Origin: Eledone cirrhosa
Lineage: Eukaryota
Reading direction: 5' to 3'
Length of the DNA stretch: 64,000 bases
Assembly (NCBI GenBank): GCA_964016885.1
Contig: OZ024748.1
Coordinates: 49,476,001-49,540,000 of the forward strand
Shown: piece after piece, positions 26,176 through 40,671 of the stretch
Layout of the letters: each line of letters opens with the position of its first letter
How positions within the stretch are numbered: position 1 is the first letter of the stretch
Translations under genes and position numbers: made by a program
The notes under the pieces: generated by a model
The model's database searches: none
What the model saw: the letters and a program-made list of their open reading frames with translations, nothing else
What the model was told of the DNA's origin: nothing

Positions 26176-27771
26176 ATTAATAATAATATTCGATTCGTTT
26201 GCAATTATGCAAACACCCTCTTTTTTAAAGCCATGTCAGTAGAATGAGGCCCTCATTCTTGCTCTTGTGTTGGCATGTAAACAGAAATGTAGACACTAAT
26301 GTTTCTGGATATTTCCCTTCATCAGTACATTCACTGTTCACCTGCCAACTGTCACAGCTAGTGAAAATATATATTTTCTAAAATATACAGTGACTGATCG
26401 GCCTGATTTGCATATTAGCAGACTGCCTGATCAGCCAGACGCACTGATCAGCCAGATTTGCATATCAGCAGACAAGCCAGTCAGTTTCCTGTATACGAGC
26501 GATTAATGGCCGGCTTTGCCATATTCAAATAAATAATAATAATAATAAAAAAAATTTCACTCGACATGGCTGAATACAATAAATGTATTCTGAGTAATAT
26601 TAATAATTGTTTCTACTTTTGGCACAAGGCCAGCAATTACCCAGTACATTACTGGTACTTTATTTTATCGACCCCGTAAGGATGGAAGGCAAAGTTAACC
26701 TCGGCTGGATTTGAGGTTAACTTTGTCTTTCATCCTTACGGGGTCGATAAAATAAAGTGCCAAAAATAGAAACTTAATAATAATATTCGATTCGTTTGCA
26801 ATTATACAAAGACCCTCCTTTTTAAAGCTATGTCAGTACGAAAAACTGAGATCACATTTATTGTTTTCAGCCATTGCGGAGCGAAAATTTCTTTTTTTAA
26901 ATAAAAAAAAAAATTATTATATATATATATAAATGAAAGGTATAGAAAATATTGTAGCATAAAGCCATACATGCATGTCTTTCTAAAAACGAAACAATAC
27001 CTCCTACGTTAACCAAGAACTTTTAAGACCTAACCAACAACCAACAACTTAATTTATAAAATAATTTTTTTTAAGAAAAATTCTTTTTGGATTTTGTGAA
27101 GAAAATAAATTTGTTGAAAGCACAAGTGAAGCCATTTTTTCTTCCCCCCTGTCTTAATATACCTAACTGTACCAAGGATTACACACATTTTCCAATATAT
27201 ATATATATATATATGCATGTATGTATGCATGTATGTATGTGTGTGTATATGTGTATGTGTGCATGTGTATGTGTATGTATGTGTGTATGTGTGTGTGTGT
27301 GTATGTGTGTATGTATGTATGTGCGTGTGCGTGTGTGTATGTATGTGTGCGTATGTATGTGCGTGTGTCTGTGTGTATATGAATGTATGCATGTGTGTGT
27401 GTGTGTGTGTGTGTGTGCAACAATTGCAGTAGTGCAGTAAGATCGCTTTCTTATGTTGCTGTTGCTGTCTTATATAAAAACAAAACAAACCCAACCTTGT
27501 TCATCTAACAATTGAAATATCTACCGTAGTTTTCGAGCAGACGATATCTTATATTACTGTAAACCTCTTGGGTGAAACTGTAACGATCTCCAATAATGGT
27601 AAACCAAAAGACAAAACAAAAAAAATTACATGCGTTATCTCTTGGTCTATCTGTTCCTCAGTCTCTCTCTCCCCTGCTCTCCCCCCTCTCTCTCAACCTC
27701 CCGCTCTCTCTCACCCACTTCTCTCTCAACCTCTCCCCCTCTCTCTCCCCCATCTCTATCTTTCTCTCTCT

Positions 27772-27805
<34 letters not shown>

Positions 27806-27970
27806 TCCATTTTATTGTTTTATAGTTAACCCTCCTTCTCCTCACAACCTTCCTGTACCCCCCCCCTTTGTATAAGACACGTCTACATAATCTAACTTCC
27901 TTCTTTCTATGTTATATGTATTTATTTATTTCTCTTTAGATGAAATAAGTATACCCCCTCTCTCTCTGCT

Positions 27971-28007
<37 letters not shown>

Positions 28008-28045
28008 CTGTGTGTGTATATATATATTATATGTGTGTGTGTGTT

Positions 28046-28136
<91 letters not shown>

Positions 28137-28139
<3 letters not shown>

Positions 28140-28545
28140 CAGAGGTACCCGGCGTTGCTCGGGTATTAAATAGCAGTCATGTATAGTACTCATGTCAATA
28201 CTTCAGTGCTGCTGAAGTATTGACATGAAGTATTGACATGAAAACTATACTTGTACAAAATCATCGGCTTTTTCCAAAAGGGGGTTCCTTCCCCCAGGGG
28301 TCCCCTACTCAATATGTGCCAATTCTGATTGTTCAAATTCATCTGTAGAACAAACGTAGCCCATGTGTCAAGTTTAGTAAAAATTGGTTGCAAACTCCAG
28401 AAGTTATGACGTTTTGTTGCATTGCACTGCAGTGCTTCAGTCGATTCCAAGGAAGCGGTTAAGTGGAGTTATTTGCCCCGGGAGGGTCCTATAATCAATA
28501 TCTGTGAAAATGAAAGTGCCCATGACCATCCGGAGTACATAAGTA
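28137..28545 (+). mobile_element. Helentron/DINE-like non-autonomous element end
   Basis: Starts TAGCAGAGGTACCCGGCGTTGCTCGGG (terminal hairpin motif) and contains atgtgtcaagtttagtaaaaattggttg-type motifs. Confidence 0.55.
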
Positions 28546-28559
28546 ACCTATGTCTTAAA

Positions 28560-30935
28560 TACAACGCTGCTCGTAGTTTTCTAACGCTCTTGCAGTAGCT
28601 TTACGATCAGCATCTAACAATGTTTCCAAACGCAGGTCCTTCCTTGAAGAGTCATATATCCTGATGGGAGACTTCAATGCACATTGCTGGCACTGACGAC
28701 CTGACATGGAAAGGAGTGATTGGAAGGAATGGCTATCCTGATCTAAATATGAACGGGGAGGCCTTATTAGACTTCTGTTCTAGCAATGGACACCATCTTC
28801 CATGACAGAGACATCCATAAATATACATGATACAAGGGGAATCAAGGACAGAGATCAATAATTGATTCTGTTATTGTCTTTGATTTCTTTGATTCAGTAC
28901 TGGATACTCGTGTTAAGAGAGGGGCTGAGCTGTCAACTGATAACCATCGAGTTATCTGCAACTTGAGAATACCTAAAGGCAAAGAAGCCCACAAAACTGG
29001 CAGGTCTAGTTTGACCTATAGGATAAAGTGGGAAGCTTTGGTGGATAAGGAAGTTAAGATGCCATCCGAGCAAAAAAAAAGGAGGCCTACAAAGCTTGGC
29101 TTGAAAATAAGTCCACCTTCTTGCATCTTGTGGTACAAGCAATCACGAAGAGTCACAGCAGAGATAGTAAAGGCGTCTAAAGTTAAGACATTGGAGTACT
29201 TTGGAGTTAAGCTGGAATCCGATTTCGGATCAGCAAATAAAGTGTTCTGGCAGACCATCCGCCACTTCGTAATAAGAAGGCCTCCGCCACACCTGTTATT
29301 AAGAACGTGTCTTGGGTTCTCCTCATTTTAGAGAGGTACATCCTCCCGAGGGAGAGGGAGAATACTTTGCTAATCTCCTAAACCCGATCGTAGCAGCATC
29401 TTCGGATGTACATGATGTGTATCTGGGAGCGGTGACTAGTCTCTCAGAGGCTGAGGTCACAAGAGCATTTAAAGAGCTCAAATGTGGCAAGGCCGTGGGG
29501 GAAGATGAAACCCGAGCCTAGAAGGTATTATCTGGCAGACTAGTGTGTGTCGGGTGGCCCGAATCTCTGGAAAGGCACCTAAGCAATGGCAATCGGGAGT
29601 GATAATCCCTTTTCAAAAAGGGAGACAAGAGATATTGTTCCAATTACAGAGGGATCTCCTTGTTAAGCTTCCCTAATAAAGTCTAAGCTAAGTGTCTGGC
29701 AAAGATATGCAGGGAGATTGTCGAGACCAAGCGAGCTGTTGAACATTGGGGATTTCGCCCCCGACGCAGCACAGGCGACCAAATATTCACACTGCGGCAG
29801 GTCTTCGAGAAATTTTGGGAGTATTCCCAAGAGATATATTCTAAATTTGTCGACCTTGAAAAAGCATATGACCGCGTTCCTCAGGACCTGCGAGAGTATG
29901 GGATTGATGGTCAACTTCTTGCTGCCCTGACGTCTCTATACGAATGTCTGAGTATTCGTCTTTGGATAAATAGTGCTAAATCGGAACCATTCAATGTAGG
30001 AATCAGACTCCTCCAAGAGTGCGTACTATCACCAATCCTGTTCATTATTTACATGAATAGGATTGACATGCGCAACTGGGTTGGAAGTGGTATCACGACT
30101 GGCGGGTGTAAAATCAGTCGGCTGGAATGTGCAGACAACATGGTGTTACTTAACTCAACAGAAGATGATCTTCGACTTGCATTCGACAGGTTTGATGCCA
30201 AGTGCTGCATGGTTGGACTGAAAATCATTGCTGCGAAAACTGAGATACTCATCCTCTCAAGGAAGCCTGCGCAGTGCACTCTACAATGTAAACAGAGTTC
30301 CACTGAAGCAGGTGGAGAAGTTCAAGTATCTTGGGCCGTGTTCACGGGTGATGGAAGGCAGGATATTGAATTAAGTGCAAGAATTACAGGAGTTGGCGCA
30401 GTAATGCGCCAGCTTCAGCATTCGGTAATCACAAAAAGGGAGGTAAGCGTAAAAGCCAAACGCTGTCTTCAATTCGGTATTCGTGCCAAACTTTACCTAA
30501 GGTCATGAATCTTGGGTAATGACCGAAAGAATACGATCGCGAATACAAGCAGCCTAAATAGGATTTCCCTGAAATCTATTTGGAGTAACCTTACTTGATT
30601 AGGGAGTCACTCCATGTAGAGCCGCTACTTCTCCGAATTGAGAGATCACAACTCCGATACTATGGAGGGCATGTGGTTAGAACGTCTCAGGAAAGAATCG
30701 TTGGACAGATTTTACGAGCAAAACCAGCCGGCAGGAGATCGAGGGGGGTAGACCTCGAGCAAGATGGTTGGATAACATTCACGAGCTTGGCTTGTCTCGC
30801 TTGGGGATCCAGCTGGATCAGTTGGAGACGGTTACTTTTGACAGGATCCGTTGGAAGGTAGGTTAGAGGACTCTGCCTCCACGACCCCCTCAGGGAGAAG
30901 TGGGCGAAGAAGAAGATGAAGAGGAGAAGAAGAAA
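28560..30935 (+). mobile_element. Decayed RTE-type LINE (APE endonuclease, RT, (GAA)n tail)
   Basis: ILMGDFNAH, NGEALLDFCSSNG, DTRVKRGAELSTD, KCGKAVGED, KGDKRYCSNYRGISLLS, VDLEKAYDRVP, LSPILFIIYM, CADNMVL, IERSQLRYYGGHVVR. Many frameshifts. Confidence 0.92.
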
Positions 30936-31014
30936 GTAGTTTAATAACGGGGCGCATAACCCCTCCCCCTGAATGGAAAAAGAGTCGCCATAATGATAAT
31001 GACTAGCATTAAAC

Positions 31015-31240
31015 AATCAGGTAAAATACACCTAGTGACGGAGAATAAGTGGCTAACAGCTACCATAGAAAATGGGACACTTTATCTCTTGAAGTTACCT
31101 TTAGGCCAAATGACAACTGACAACAGTTTCTGTCCAAATTAAGAATTATATATGATATATTCAACGGCATAAAGCGTTCGATTCTCTGTAGTGGCTGCTG
31201 TCCAACTATTTTCTGTCCTTAAGGGTATTTTACCTGATTT
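31015..31240. mobile_element. MITE with ~50-bp imperfect TIRs
   Basis: aatcaggtaaaatac... / ...gtattttacctgatt. Confidence 0.6.
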
Positions 31241-31584
31241 TCTAACGATATTATCACTGACATTCCCATTGTAGCGACTCTGTGTTTCAATATGAACATT
31301 TTCAAAATATATGAATATAAGAATAAATGAATAAATGAATAAAAATGAATATAAATTCCACTAATTTAGCTTTCTCTGTTTATTGTATTTATTTCCTGAT
31401 ACGTGGGGTAAATATAAATTCATATAATTAATATATTTTTGAAAAGTAAAATTCCATTCAATGGCTTTGATTGTGACAGTGATGTGTGGCTTGTTACGAC
31501 ATATCTACTGATATTATCTAACAGAACACTCATTTATTTATATGAATTACTTCTTCAATACGAGTGTACTGTTTGCAACCGCAG

Positions 31585-32005
31585 TCGCGTGGCTTAATGG
31601 TTAAAACGTTCGGTTCACGTTCGTAAGATTATGATTTTGATTACCGAACTACGAGCTGGGGTGTTGTGTTCTTGATCAAGACACTTTACTTTACATTGCT
31701 TCAGATCACTCAGAGGGTAAAAGCGTGTAGCAACATGGCTGAATGGTTAAGAAGCTTCGCAATAATTGGGTCCCGCGTTCGACCTCACTGCATGTTATCT
31801 TGGGCGCCATTTACCATGGCCGTAATCCATGCATTGGAAGGGACGGTACCTGTAATTCAAAGGGACAGCCTTGTTACACACTTTCTCACACTGAATCTCT
31901 CTTAGAATTACGGTAAATGTGCACGTGTCTGTGGATGCTCAGCCGCTTCCACGTTAATTTCATTTGACAAATGATCTTGTGTTGCCGTTAGCTTGTCCAC
32001 TAACA
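31585..32005 (+). mobile_element. SINE family B copies with an alternative tail
   Basis: gtggcttaatggttaa and atggctgaatggttaa heads. Tail (ctgaatctc..cacgtgtctgtgga..gttaatttc) also seen at 10975-11130, 15500-15660, 35420-35595 and 52850-52985. Confidence 0.7.
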
Positions 32006-32259
32006 ATCTTTGTGTGTGTGTAAGTGCGTATGTGTGTATGTATGTGCGTGTGTATGTATGTATATCTTTTCTTGTTTTTGGGTTATAGCTACTGTCGCTC
32101 AGAGAGTGGGATTGGCTCAGTGCACAGTCTTTCCTCACTTTAAAAATATCTTCACGCACAGCCATTGCACGATAGAATTAATAAATAATAATTAATAATG
32201 GTATATCGTGGTATGGCCATACTCGATAACGAGGGGGCAGCCATCATGTATGTATATAT

Positions 32260-32342
<83 letters not shown>

Positions 32343-32346
<4 letters not shown>

Positions 32347-32545
32347 AACAAGTAAGACCCCGACGGCTGAGCTCAAGCCGTTTCGACGGCTAATTCTGGA
32401 CGGATTTTTGTCCAGAATTAGCCGTCGAAACGGCTTGAGCTCAGCCGTCGGGGTCTTACTTGTTCCTATTACCCACTCTACTACCATAAGTATTGAGTAC
32501 TTTGGTGCGTTATGGTCCACCTGGTTCCTTACCACATTTCCTTCG

Positions 32546-32548
<3 letters not shown>
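32343..32548 (+). mobile_element. (TA)n-embedded fold-back pLTR element
   Basis: Perfect ~59-bp arms (32343-32468) plus the shared tail. Confidence 0.9.
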
Positions 32549-32596
<48 letters not shown>

Positions 32597-32703
32597 CTTT
32601 ATTTCGTACCAAGTTTACCGAATTAATTCTGTTTCAATGATGCCTAGAATTGTGTGTTTGTGTATATGTAAACACGCACGCACACGCACACACACACATA
32701 TAT

Positions 32704-32736
<33 letters not shown>

Positions 32737-33389
32737 CGCACACATATTGTTGACTTGATTATATCATAAATAATTTCCAGTCAGTTTGAAAATAAAGTGA
32801 AGTTCATTTAAAATTTATATTTCACTTGGCAAGTGTGACAATCAATATTAACACCGCTGGTATTTCTACCATTTTTCTAATTTCCTTTTGTACGAAGGAA
32901 GACAGGACTGAGTACTAGAGCCAAGGGCAATAACTGCAAATGCAGCAGCGGCAGTTGCCAAATCAACAACAATAACAACAACAATAATAGTTTTTAATTT
33001 CAACACAAGGCCAGCAATGGTGAAGGAATATATATAAATATATATATATATATACATTTATTAAAATAACAGATTAAAATAAATGTTTGCTCTAGGATTC
33101 TTATATATTTGATATGCATTTATCCTTATCGAGCCCTCTTTGGATTTTAGTCTTCAAATTTATTATTATTACTATATATATATACATAGGATATAATAGT
33201 ACTAACGACCGAGATAGAGGCGTAGATAACAACATAGGTAGCAATAGTAATAGCCTTTACTTCGGGAACTAGGAGCGACCGCGACCGAAAATGCAACTGT
33301 CGTGACAGGGGAAGCTGCCCGCTCAGGGGAAATTGCCTGACTGATAATGTTATTTATAAGTGCGCCATAACTAGCCATAATAGCGTTAA

Positions 33390-34282
33390 GCATTATATAG
33401 GGGCCGTTCAAAACTAGATTTCGAACACATCTCCACTCTTTTAGAAACAAAAAACTAAGACACTCCACGTCACTTGCCAATTACATCACAACATTAAAAG
33501 ACTCCAGCACCAGCTTCTCCACACACTGGGAAATTGTTGGCAGGGCAGCACCGTACAATTTCAAGAGGAAGTGCAAGCTTTGCCCCATGGAACTTTACTA
33601 TATCATAAGAACACCCCTCCAGCTCATCAACAGCAGAGCAGAATCGGTGATAAACTGCAGGCACCGAATACAGGTGTCTTACTTCGGATGGAAATCGACT
33701 GAGACATGAAAACCATAAACTGGGTCCCTCTGCACCAAACCATAACACTCCGGTGGGCAGGCGGTGCAAATAAACATCTGTAAACCGACTATGCATCCCA
33801 GACCCTGCTTGAATCGACAATAGTAAAGCATCACCCACAGAATAGTAATGGGAAAGCACCATCATGTGAACGGGTAATAAGCAGTTAGGGGACAATTATT
33901 CAATTATTCAAACACCGACCAGAGTGTTTTGCTCTGTGGCAAAAACAACGCGTGTGTTTGAAAGAAGAATGAACTTTGATGTAACTATAACCTTAAAACC
34001 CCTCCTGGGTCATGTACTGAACACTTTTTAGTTTTCTATGCCCTTGAGAAGCCCCTTTCGGGCGAAACGTACGTAGGTGCTTTTATACAAACATGTTTTA
34101 ACGGTATATTCTCCTTTGTAATCATTTCACTTGTAACCGCTCTGCTTATATTCTCGCCCGCTAGATATTAACGCTTCTAATATTTAACCCTGTAGGCACA
34201 AGTATTGAGCACATCTGCACAAGCTATTGGCAACTAACTATATGTATCGCTTATCTCTTCTTCTCTCTCTCGATACTTAAAT

Positions 34283-34290
<8 letters not shown>
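33390..34290 (+). mobile_element. Penelope-like 3' end: GIY-YIG plus pLTR with HHR
   Basis: HLHSFRNKKLRHSTSLANYITTLKD..WEIVGRAAPY..KCKLCPMELYYI..LINSRAE..CRH. HHR at 34040-34080, TATTGAGCAC at 34203, ends at (TA)n. Confidence 0.85.
34040..34080 (+). ncRNA. HHR, U3:A8 covariant core
   Basis: gccc-UUGAGAA-GCCC(cuuuc)GGGC-GAAAC-GUAC-GUA-ggugc, with palindromic ACGUACGU stem III. Confidence 0.7.
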
Positions 34291-34313
<23 letters not shown>

Positions 34314-34317
<4 letters not shown>

Positions 34318-34466
34318 CCGTTATAACGAATGTTTCTGTATAACGAATTTTTTTCAATCTCCGACCACACGCTCGATGTGTTAAGTCGATCTCGTTATAA
34401 AGAATTTGTCGTTACAACGAATTTTTTTATACCCCGTGAATTTCGTTATAACGGAATTTCCCTGTA
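34314..34466. mobile_element. pogo/Tigger-like MITE
   Basis: aattccgttataacgaa / ttcgttataacggaatttccctgTA inverted ends, with internal gttataa repeats. Confidence 0.7.
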
Positions 34467-35235
34467 TATACATATACATATATATTATAACGAGTCGGGG
34501 CCCGTCGTCTGAGATCTTGCCGTTTTAACACTTAGTTCGACACCAGTTTTCTGTGACCTTCTTTCCTCTTTTATCTATCTCCCTCTTGTTCTTTACTCCC
34601 ACCTGATTCTTCACTCACCATGCCCTATATTTCCTAATCTTCCTACCTGTAATCTCCTGACGAGCGGCTAAAGTCGATACACTGAGTTTCTTTTACTCTC
34701 TTTCATCCAAAGCCTGAACATTAATTGTTTTTGTAATTTTGTCACTTTTAACAACTTCATTGGAAACACCACCACCACCACCACCACCACGCCACTGCCA
34801 CTGTCCCCCCCCGCACCACTGCCACTGCCACTGCCACTGCCACCACCACCGCCACCACCGCCACCACCACCACCACCACCACCACCACCACCACCACCAC
34901 CACCACCACCACCACCACCACCACTACCACTGCCACGACGACGACAACGACGACGACCACCATCACCACCACTACTTCCACCACCATCACCACCACCACT
35001 GCCACTACCTCCAGCACCACCACCACCATCACCCCCCCCCACTGCCACCGCCACCCCCACTGCCACCGCCACAGTCGTATCATTTATGGTGTCTCTATTA
35101 CCTAACTTATTATATTCACTCTGAGGAGAACCATCTTAATTACTTTATCATTGAGTGGTTTGTGAGAGTCTTTGAAATTCAAGCGGATGCAAAACTGTTA
35201 CTTACAACTGCAACTTCGTTTATACTTATTACTAT

Positions 35236-35270
<35 letters not shown>

Positions 35271-36189
35271 ATGTGTGTGTGTGTGTGTGTGTGTGTTTCC
35301 ATGTAGATCGAGTTGTTTCTCAGATTTATTGATTAATATCGATAAGCCAGCTCTTCAGAAAAGGGAACACGTGAGTTTTAACAGTTCTCATTAAGCCGAG
35401 TACAGGGCATAATTGTTAGACTTCCATCGGTATCGATCAACGGATCAGTCTGCTCATGAAACTAAGTAACGTGCAAACCGACAGAGTATTTCACAGACAC
35501 TCAACTTTACAGGGATTTTCAGGGAGATTCAGCATGGCACAATATGTGAGATGGCTGTTCATTTGAACTACAGGTACAGCTCATTTATTTCCAGAGGGTG
35601 GTAGTTGTGATGTTGGTGATATTATTGTTGGTGTTGGTGATATTGTTGTTATTGTTGTTATTGGTGGTGGTAGTGATGGTGGTGATATTATTGTTGATGT
35701 TGGTGATATTGTTGTTATTGGTGGTGGTAGTGATGTTGGTGTTGGTGATATTGTTGTTATTGTTGTTATTGGTGGTGGTAGTGATGTTGGTGATATTATT
35801 GTTGATGTTGGTGATATCATTGTTGACGTTGGTGATATTGTTGTTATTGGTGGTAGTAGTGATGTTGGTGATATTATTGTTGATGTTGGTGATATCATTG
35901 TTGGTGTTGGTGATATTGTTGTTATTGTTGGTGATATTATTGTTGTTATTGGTGGTGGTAGTGATGGTGGTGATATCATTGTTGATGTTGGTGATATTGT
36001 TGTTATTGGCGGTGGATTGGCAGTATCGACAGCATAGTTACGTCCCTTTACAATCTGAGTTCAAATCCCACCGAGGTTGACTTTGCCTTTCATCCTTACG
36101 GGGTCGATAAAATAAAGTACCAGTAATGTACTGGGTAATTGCTGGCCTTGTGCCAAAAGTAGAAACAATTATTATTGGTATTGGATACT

Positions 36190-36557
36190 AGTGGCCGAAA
36201 TGGAATTCCTCCGAAAGGTCTTTGGAGTAACGTTACTTGCTAGAGTGCGTCACTCGGAGATCAGAAAGTCATTCCAAATAGAGTCGCAACTTCTCCAAAT
36301 TGAAAGATCACAGCTCCGATACTATGGAGGGCATGTGGTTAGAATGTCTCAGGAAAGAATCGCTGGACAGATTTTGCGGGCAAGACCAGCCGGCAAGAGG
36401 ACCAAGGGTAGACCCCGAACAAGATGGTTGGATAACATCTATGATCTTGGCTGGACAAGCGGCGTGGGGATCCAGTCGGATCAGTTAGAGACGGTTGCTG
36501 CTGACAGGACCTACTGGAAGGTGAGTTTCAGTGGGTGAAGGAGACGAAAACGAAGAA
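36190..36557 (+). mobile_element. RTE LINE 3' fragment
   Basis: AEMEFLRKVFGVT..IERSQLRYYGGHVVRM..GRPRTRWLDNI, same family as 30550-30935. Preceded by a SINE A at 36009-36172. Confidence 0.9.
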
Positions 36558-36800
36558 GGTATTGTTGTTATTGCTGTTGATGTTGTTGTTGGTGGTGTGG
36601 GTGATACTGTTGTTGATGCTGGTGGAGGTGGGGATATTGTTGATAGTGGTGGTGGTGTTGTCATTGTTACTGGTGTGGTCGTGATATAGAAAAATGCAAA
36701 ATCTTTCTGGGGTGGTGATCTACGGAAGTTTGTGTTCAATATATCACTGAAGACTTAAACAGAAAAGGCTCCAATTAGGGTTAGGGTATGATGTAGTGGG

Positions 36801-37147
36801 GCGAAGGACGGCTGAAATGTTAATAGGCTGACAAGATACTCTCATGGAATGACCAAATGAGGTTTATTTTTCAACATAGTCCCTGGAAAGAAACGATGCA
36901 GTTATTAATAAGAAGGATTGAAATTAATTGTTTCTACTTTAGGCACAAGGCCAGCAATTACCCAGTGCATTACTGGTACTTTATTTTATCGACCCCGTAA
37001 GGATGAAAGGCAAAGTCAACCTCGGCGGGATTTGAACTCAGATCGTAAAGGGACGTAAGAAGGATTGAAATTAATGCATTCAAGATTTCACTGCTCTAAC
37101 ATCACTCCTTCATAGTCAGCCTATGAAATTTTCGGCTGTCCCTTGTA
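36801..37147. mobile_element. mariner-type MITE with a nested 5'-truncated SINE A
   Basis: TIRs cggctgaaatgttaataggctgac / gtcagcctatgaaattttcggctgtcccttgTA. The SINE is flanked by the TSD taagaaggattgaaattaat. Confidence 0.75.
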
Positions 37148-37560
37148 CACAAACTTAGAAGAATGTAGAATCTGAGTTGGTGGTCGGATCCAACCAGACA
37201 AACAATTTACGGAAGGCCATTAGTGCTTTAGGTGGAGACAGGGCAGTAATTTCATGGTTTCTCTTCTACGGAAGTCCTCTGTCTGTTAGTACCCATTGTG
37301 GAAAACTGACTTATCCAGAGACTCGTGATCTCACGAGATTCAGGAATCCAGCTTGGAGAACTGGGTACAGCAATTCTGGATTGTATGGTATAGAGAGGAA
37401 GTGTTGAGTGTCTTTTGACCAATCAGGTCGAAGGATGATATTGTTGTTGGTAGCGGTGGTGGTAGTGTTGTTGTTGGTGGTGGAGGCTGTGGTGGTAGTG
37501 TTGTTGTTGTTGGTGGTGGTAGTGTTGTTGTTGGTGGAGGTTGTGGTGGTAGTGTTGTTG

Positions 37561-37592
<32 letters not shown>

Positions 37593-37665
37593 AGTGTTGT
37601 TGTTGTTGTTGGTGGTGGAGGCTGCGGTGGTAGTGTTGTTGTTGTTGTTGGTGGTGGTGGTCGTG

Positions 37666-37697
<32 letters not shown>

Positions 37698-38222
37698 AGT
37701 GTTGTTGTTGTTGTTGGTGGTGGTGGTATAGTTGTTGGTGGTGGAGGCTGCGGTGGTAGTGTTGTTGTTGGTGGTGGCGGTTGTGGTGGTAGTGTTGTTG
37801 TTGTTGTTGGTGGTGGAGGCTGCGGTGGTAGTGTTGTTGTTGTTGGTGGTGATATAGTTGTTGTCGTTCGTGGTGGCGGTCTGATTGCTGTGGTGGTATT
37901 ATTGTTGTTGTTATTGGTGGTGATATTGCTGTTGTTGGTGTTGTGGTTGTTGATGGCGTTGTTGTTATTGTTGTTGGTGGTAGTGCTGTTGATTTTGTGG
38001 TTGTTGTTGGTGTTGTTGATGTTATCGTTGGTGTTTGGCTGTTGTTGCTGTTGTGATTGTTGTTATTGTTATTGTAAGTGTTGTGGTTGTTGTTGGTGTT
38101 ATTGTTGTTGATGATGTAGTGGCTGTTGTTGATGATGTGGTTGTTATTGATGTTATTGTTGGTGTTGCGGTTATTAGTGGTGTTGTTGATGTTGTTGTTG
38201 TTGGTGTTGATGTTGCTGCTGC

Positions 38223-38321
<99 letters not shown>

Positions 38322-38825
38322 CATTGTTGGTGTTGGTGCTGTTGATGATGTTGTTGGTGCTGTTGATGTTGTGGTCGTTAGTGTTGTGGTTGTTGTTGTT
38401 GGTGTTGTTGATGTTGTTGTCATTGCTGTATTGGTGTTGTGGTTGTTGTTGGTGTTGTTATTTTAGTCTGTTGTTATTGAAGTCATCTTTAGTCCCATCT
38501 TAGCCATCCCAATCGTTATAGCCAATGAAATATCGAAAGATTTGACATAAGAAAATTAAATTTGCCATCTGGAAAAAAAAAGTTTTGTTTTTTCCGCTAG
38601 ACAAAGAAACACAATATCATCAAGTTGTAGATTTGATATATGAAAGCAGTCGAAATGACTATAAATCAAGATTGTTTTACATCTGGGAGATTCGTCTAAG
38701 ACTTTCTGTGCTTCCTCTAATGAAAGTAACATGTAGAAATCACGTGATAGTCACATGGTTCGTCGGAGATGTCACACAAAACGAATAGCATTCGTGTCCA
38801 CTATAATAATAAACAAACAGAAATG

Positions 38826-38902
<77 letters not shown>

Positions 38903-39926
38903 TATATATATATATATATGTATGTAGATAAATCTACCAAGAGTTTACGGTAGTGTCCAATCCGTATGGAGAACTCAATGTATTCCGGATATCATGGAAA
39001 GAAGAGATGTAATGAAAAACCACTTTCGGTGAAAGATAAACGGTATACAGAGTCAAGATAAAATATTAAACAAATAATGAATAAACAATTCCTTATATTA
39101 AACAAAAAAAGTTCATTATTTAACGATCGTTTCTAGGATATATATGTGTTAGAATTGGTATGCATATTCAACAGATCTATGTACAAAATTATACAAAATT
39201 ATACAAATTATCAAGATTAAATATACATACCAAACACATATATACGCCGTCTTCAGAAATAATGAAGTATATTTATTGATAATAACAACAATTCAAAATT
39301 TCAGGTCCGTTTGGGAACAAAAATTGACCAATGAAAACACAAAGGGTTAAATGCAGTTCGGTGTGTGTATATACATGTAAAACCCTTACACATATTTTAC
39401 AAAAATGTATGTATAAATTGTATACGCATACTAAAAAGATGGATGCAAATACAAAATTTCAAGGTTAATGTCTCTGTGAGTTATTGACACTTATGAAGTT
39501 AAGTATATAAATATATTTTTTCATACTCACACATATCCGTACAATCACACATACACGCGCGTATATGCATAAATATACACATAACCACGAACATACAAAC
39601 ACACACACACCCCCACTCACATTTATATATGTGGATATAAAATCATAAGCACATGGATATTAATTCACTCACATAAAACACTGGCATACACATTTTCAGA
39701 TCAAGATACAGAAATGGTGGGAGGGGGGGGGGAGGGGTCAGTATTCAACGGTCTGAACAGACTGCCTAATATAAATGTATCTATAAACTAAGAAAAATAA
39801 AACAAATAAAACATAATAAATAAAACATTAAGGAGGAAAGAATAGAAAGAAAAACAGAAAAAAGAAAAAAGAAAAAAGAAAAAAGAAATATATCAAGAAA
39901 ATAAATATACACACATACACATACAT

Positions 39927-39975
<49 letters not shown>

Positions 39976-40189
39976 TATATATATATATATATAAAAAAAC
40001 ATACATATATATACACACATAGACACTCACACATCCATACATAAATATACACACATATATAAATACATACATACATATACACACATCCACACTAAGAACA
40101 TACATACACACACATATATAAACATATACATATACACACATACATACATATACACATATACATACAAATACACATACATATATATATAT

Positions 40190-40228
<39 letters not shown>

Positions 40229-40546
40229 TATACATACATATGCATATACACGTACATATACACACACATATACATATAATCACACATACTATACAGACAC
40301 AGATATATATAACCACACACATACATGCAAATATACAACACTTACATACTAATATACATACAGATATACACATACATAGCTATATATACACACAAATATA
40401 TACAGATTTACATATATACATACAGACAAATACTTACGCATCTATATATCGGTATATCCATACTAACACCACTACACTATCACACAACATAGAAATACAA
40501 AGAGAAAGGTATATACCTATACACAACATACATATACAAATAGAAA

Positions 40547-40598
<52 letters not shown>

Positions 40599-40623
40599 TA
40601 CATATACATATATATATATATAT

Positions 40624-40671
<48 letters not shown>

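Larger units (their letters stand above)
34768..38462. repeat. Trinucleotide low-complexity fields: (CCA)n 34768-35070, (TTG/GTG)n 35598-36005 and 37440-38462
   Basis: Directly visible. These generate the spurious poly-V/L/T/H ORFs. Confidence 0.95.

Noticed and set aside
27537-27592. Additional HHR-like strings (27537 CAGACGA..GAAAC; also 34655, 35120, 45178, 58955)
   Set aside because: Core or stems are too degenerate to call. They may be decayed copies.
34668-38503. Poly-G/H/V/L/T ORFs
   Set aside because: Translations of trinucleotide microsatellites.
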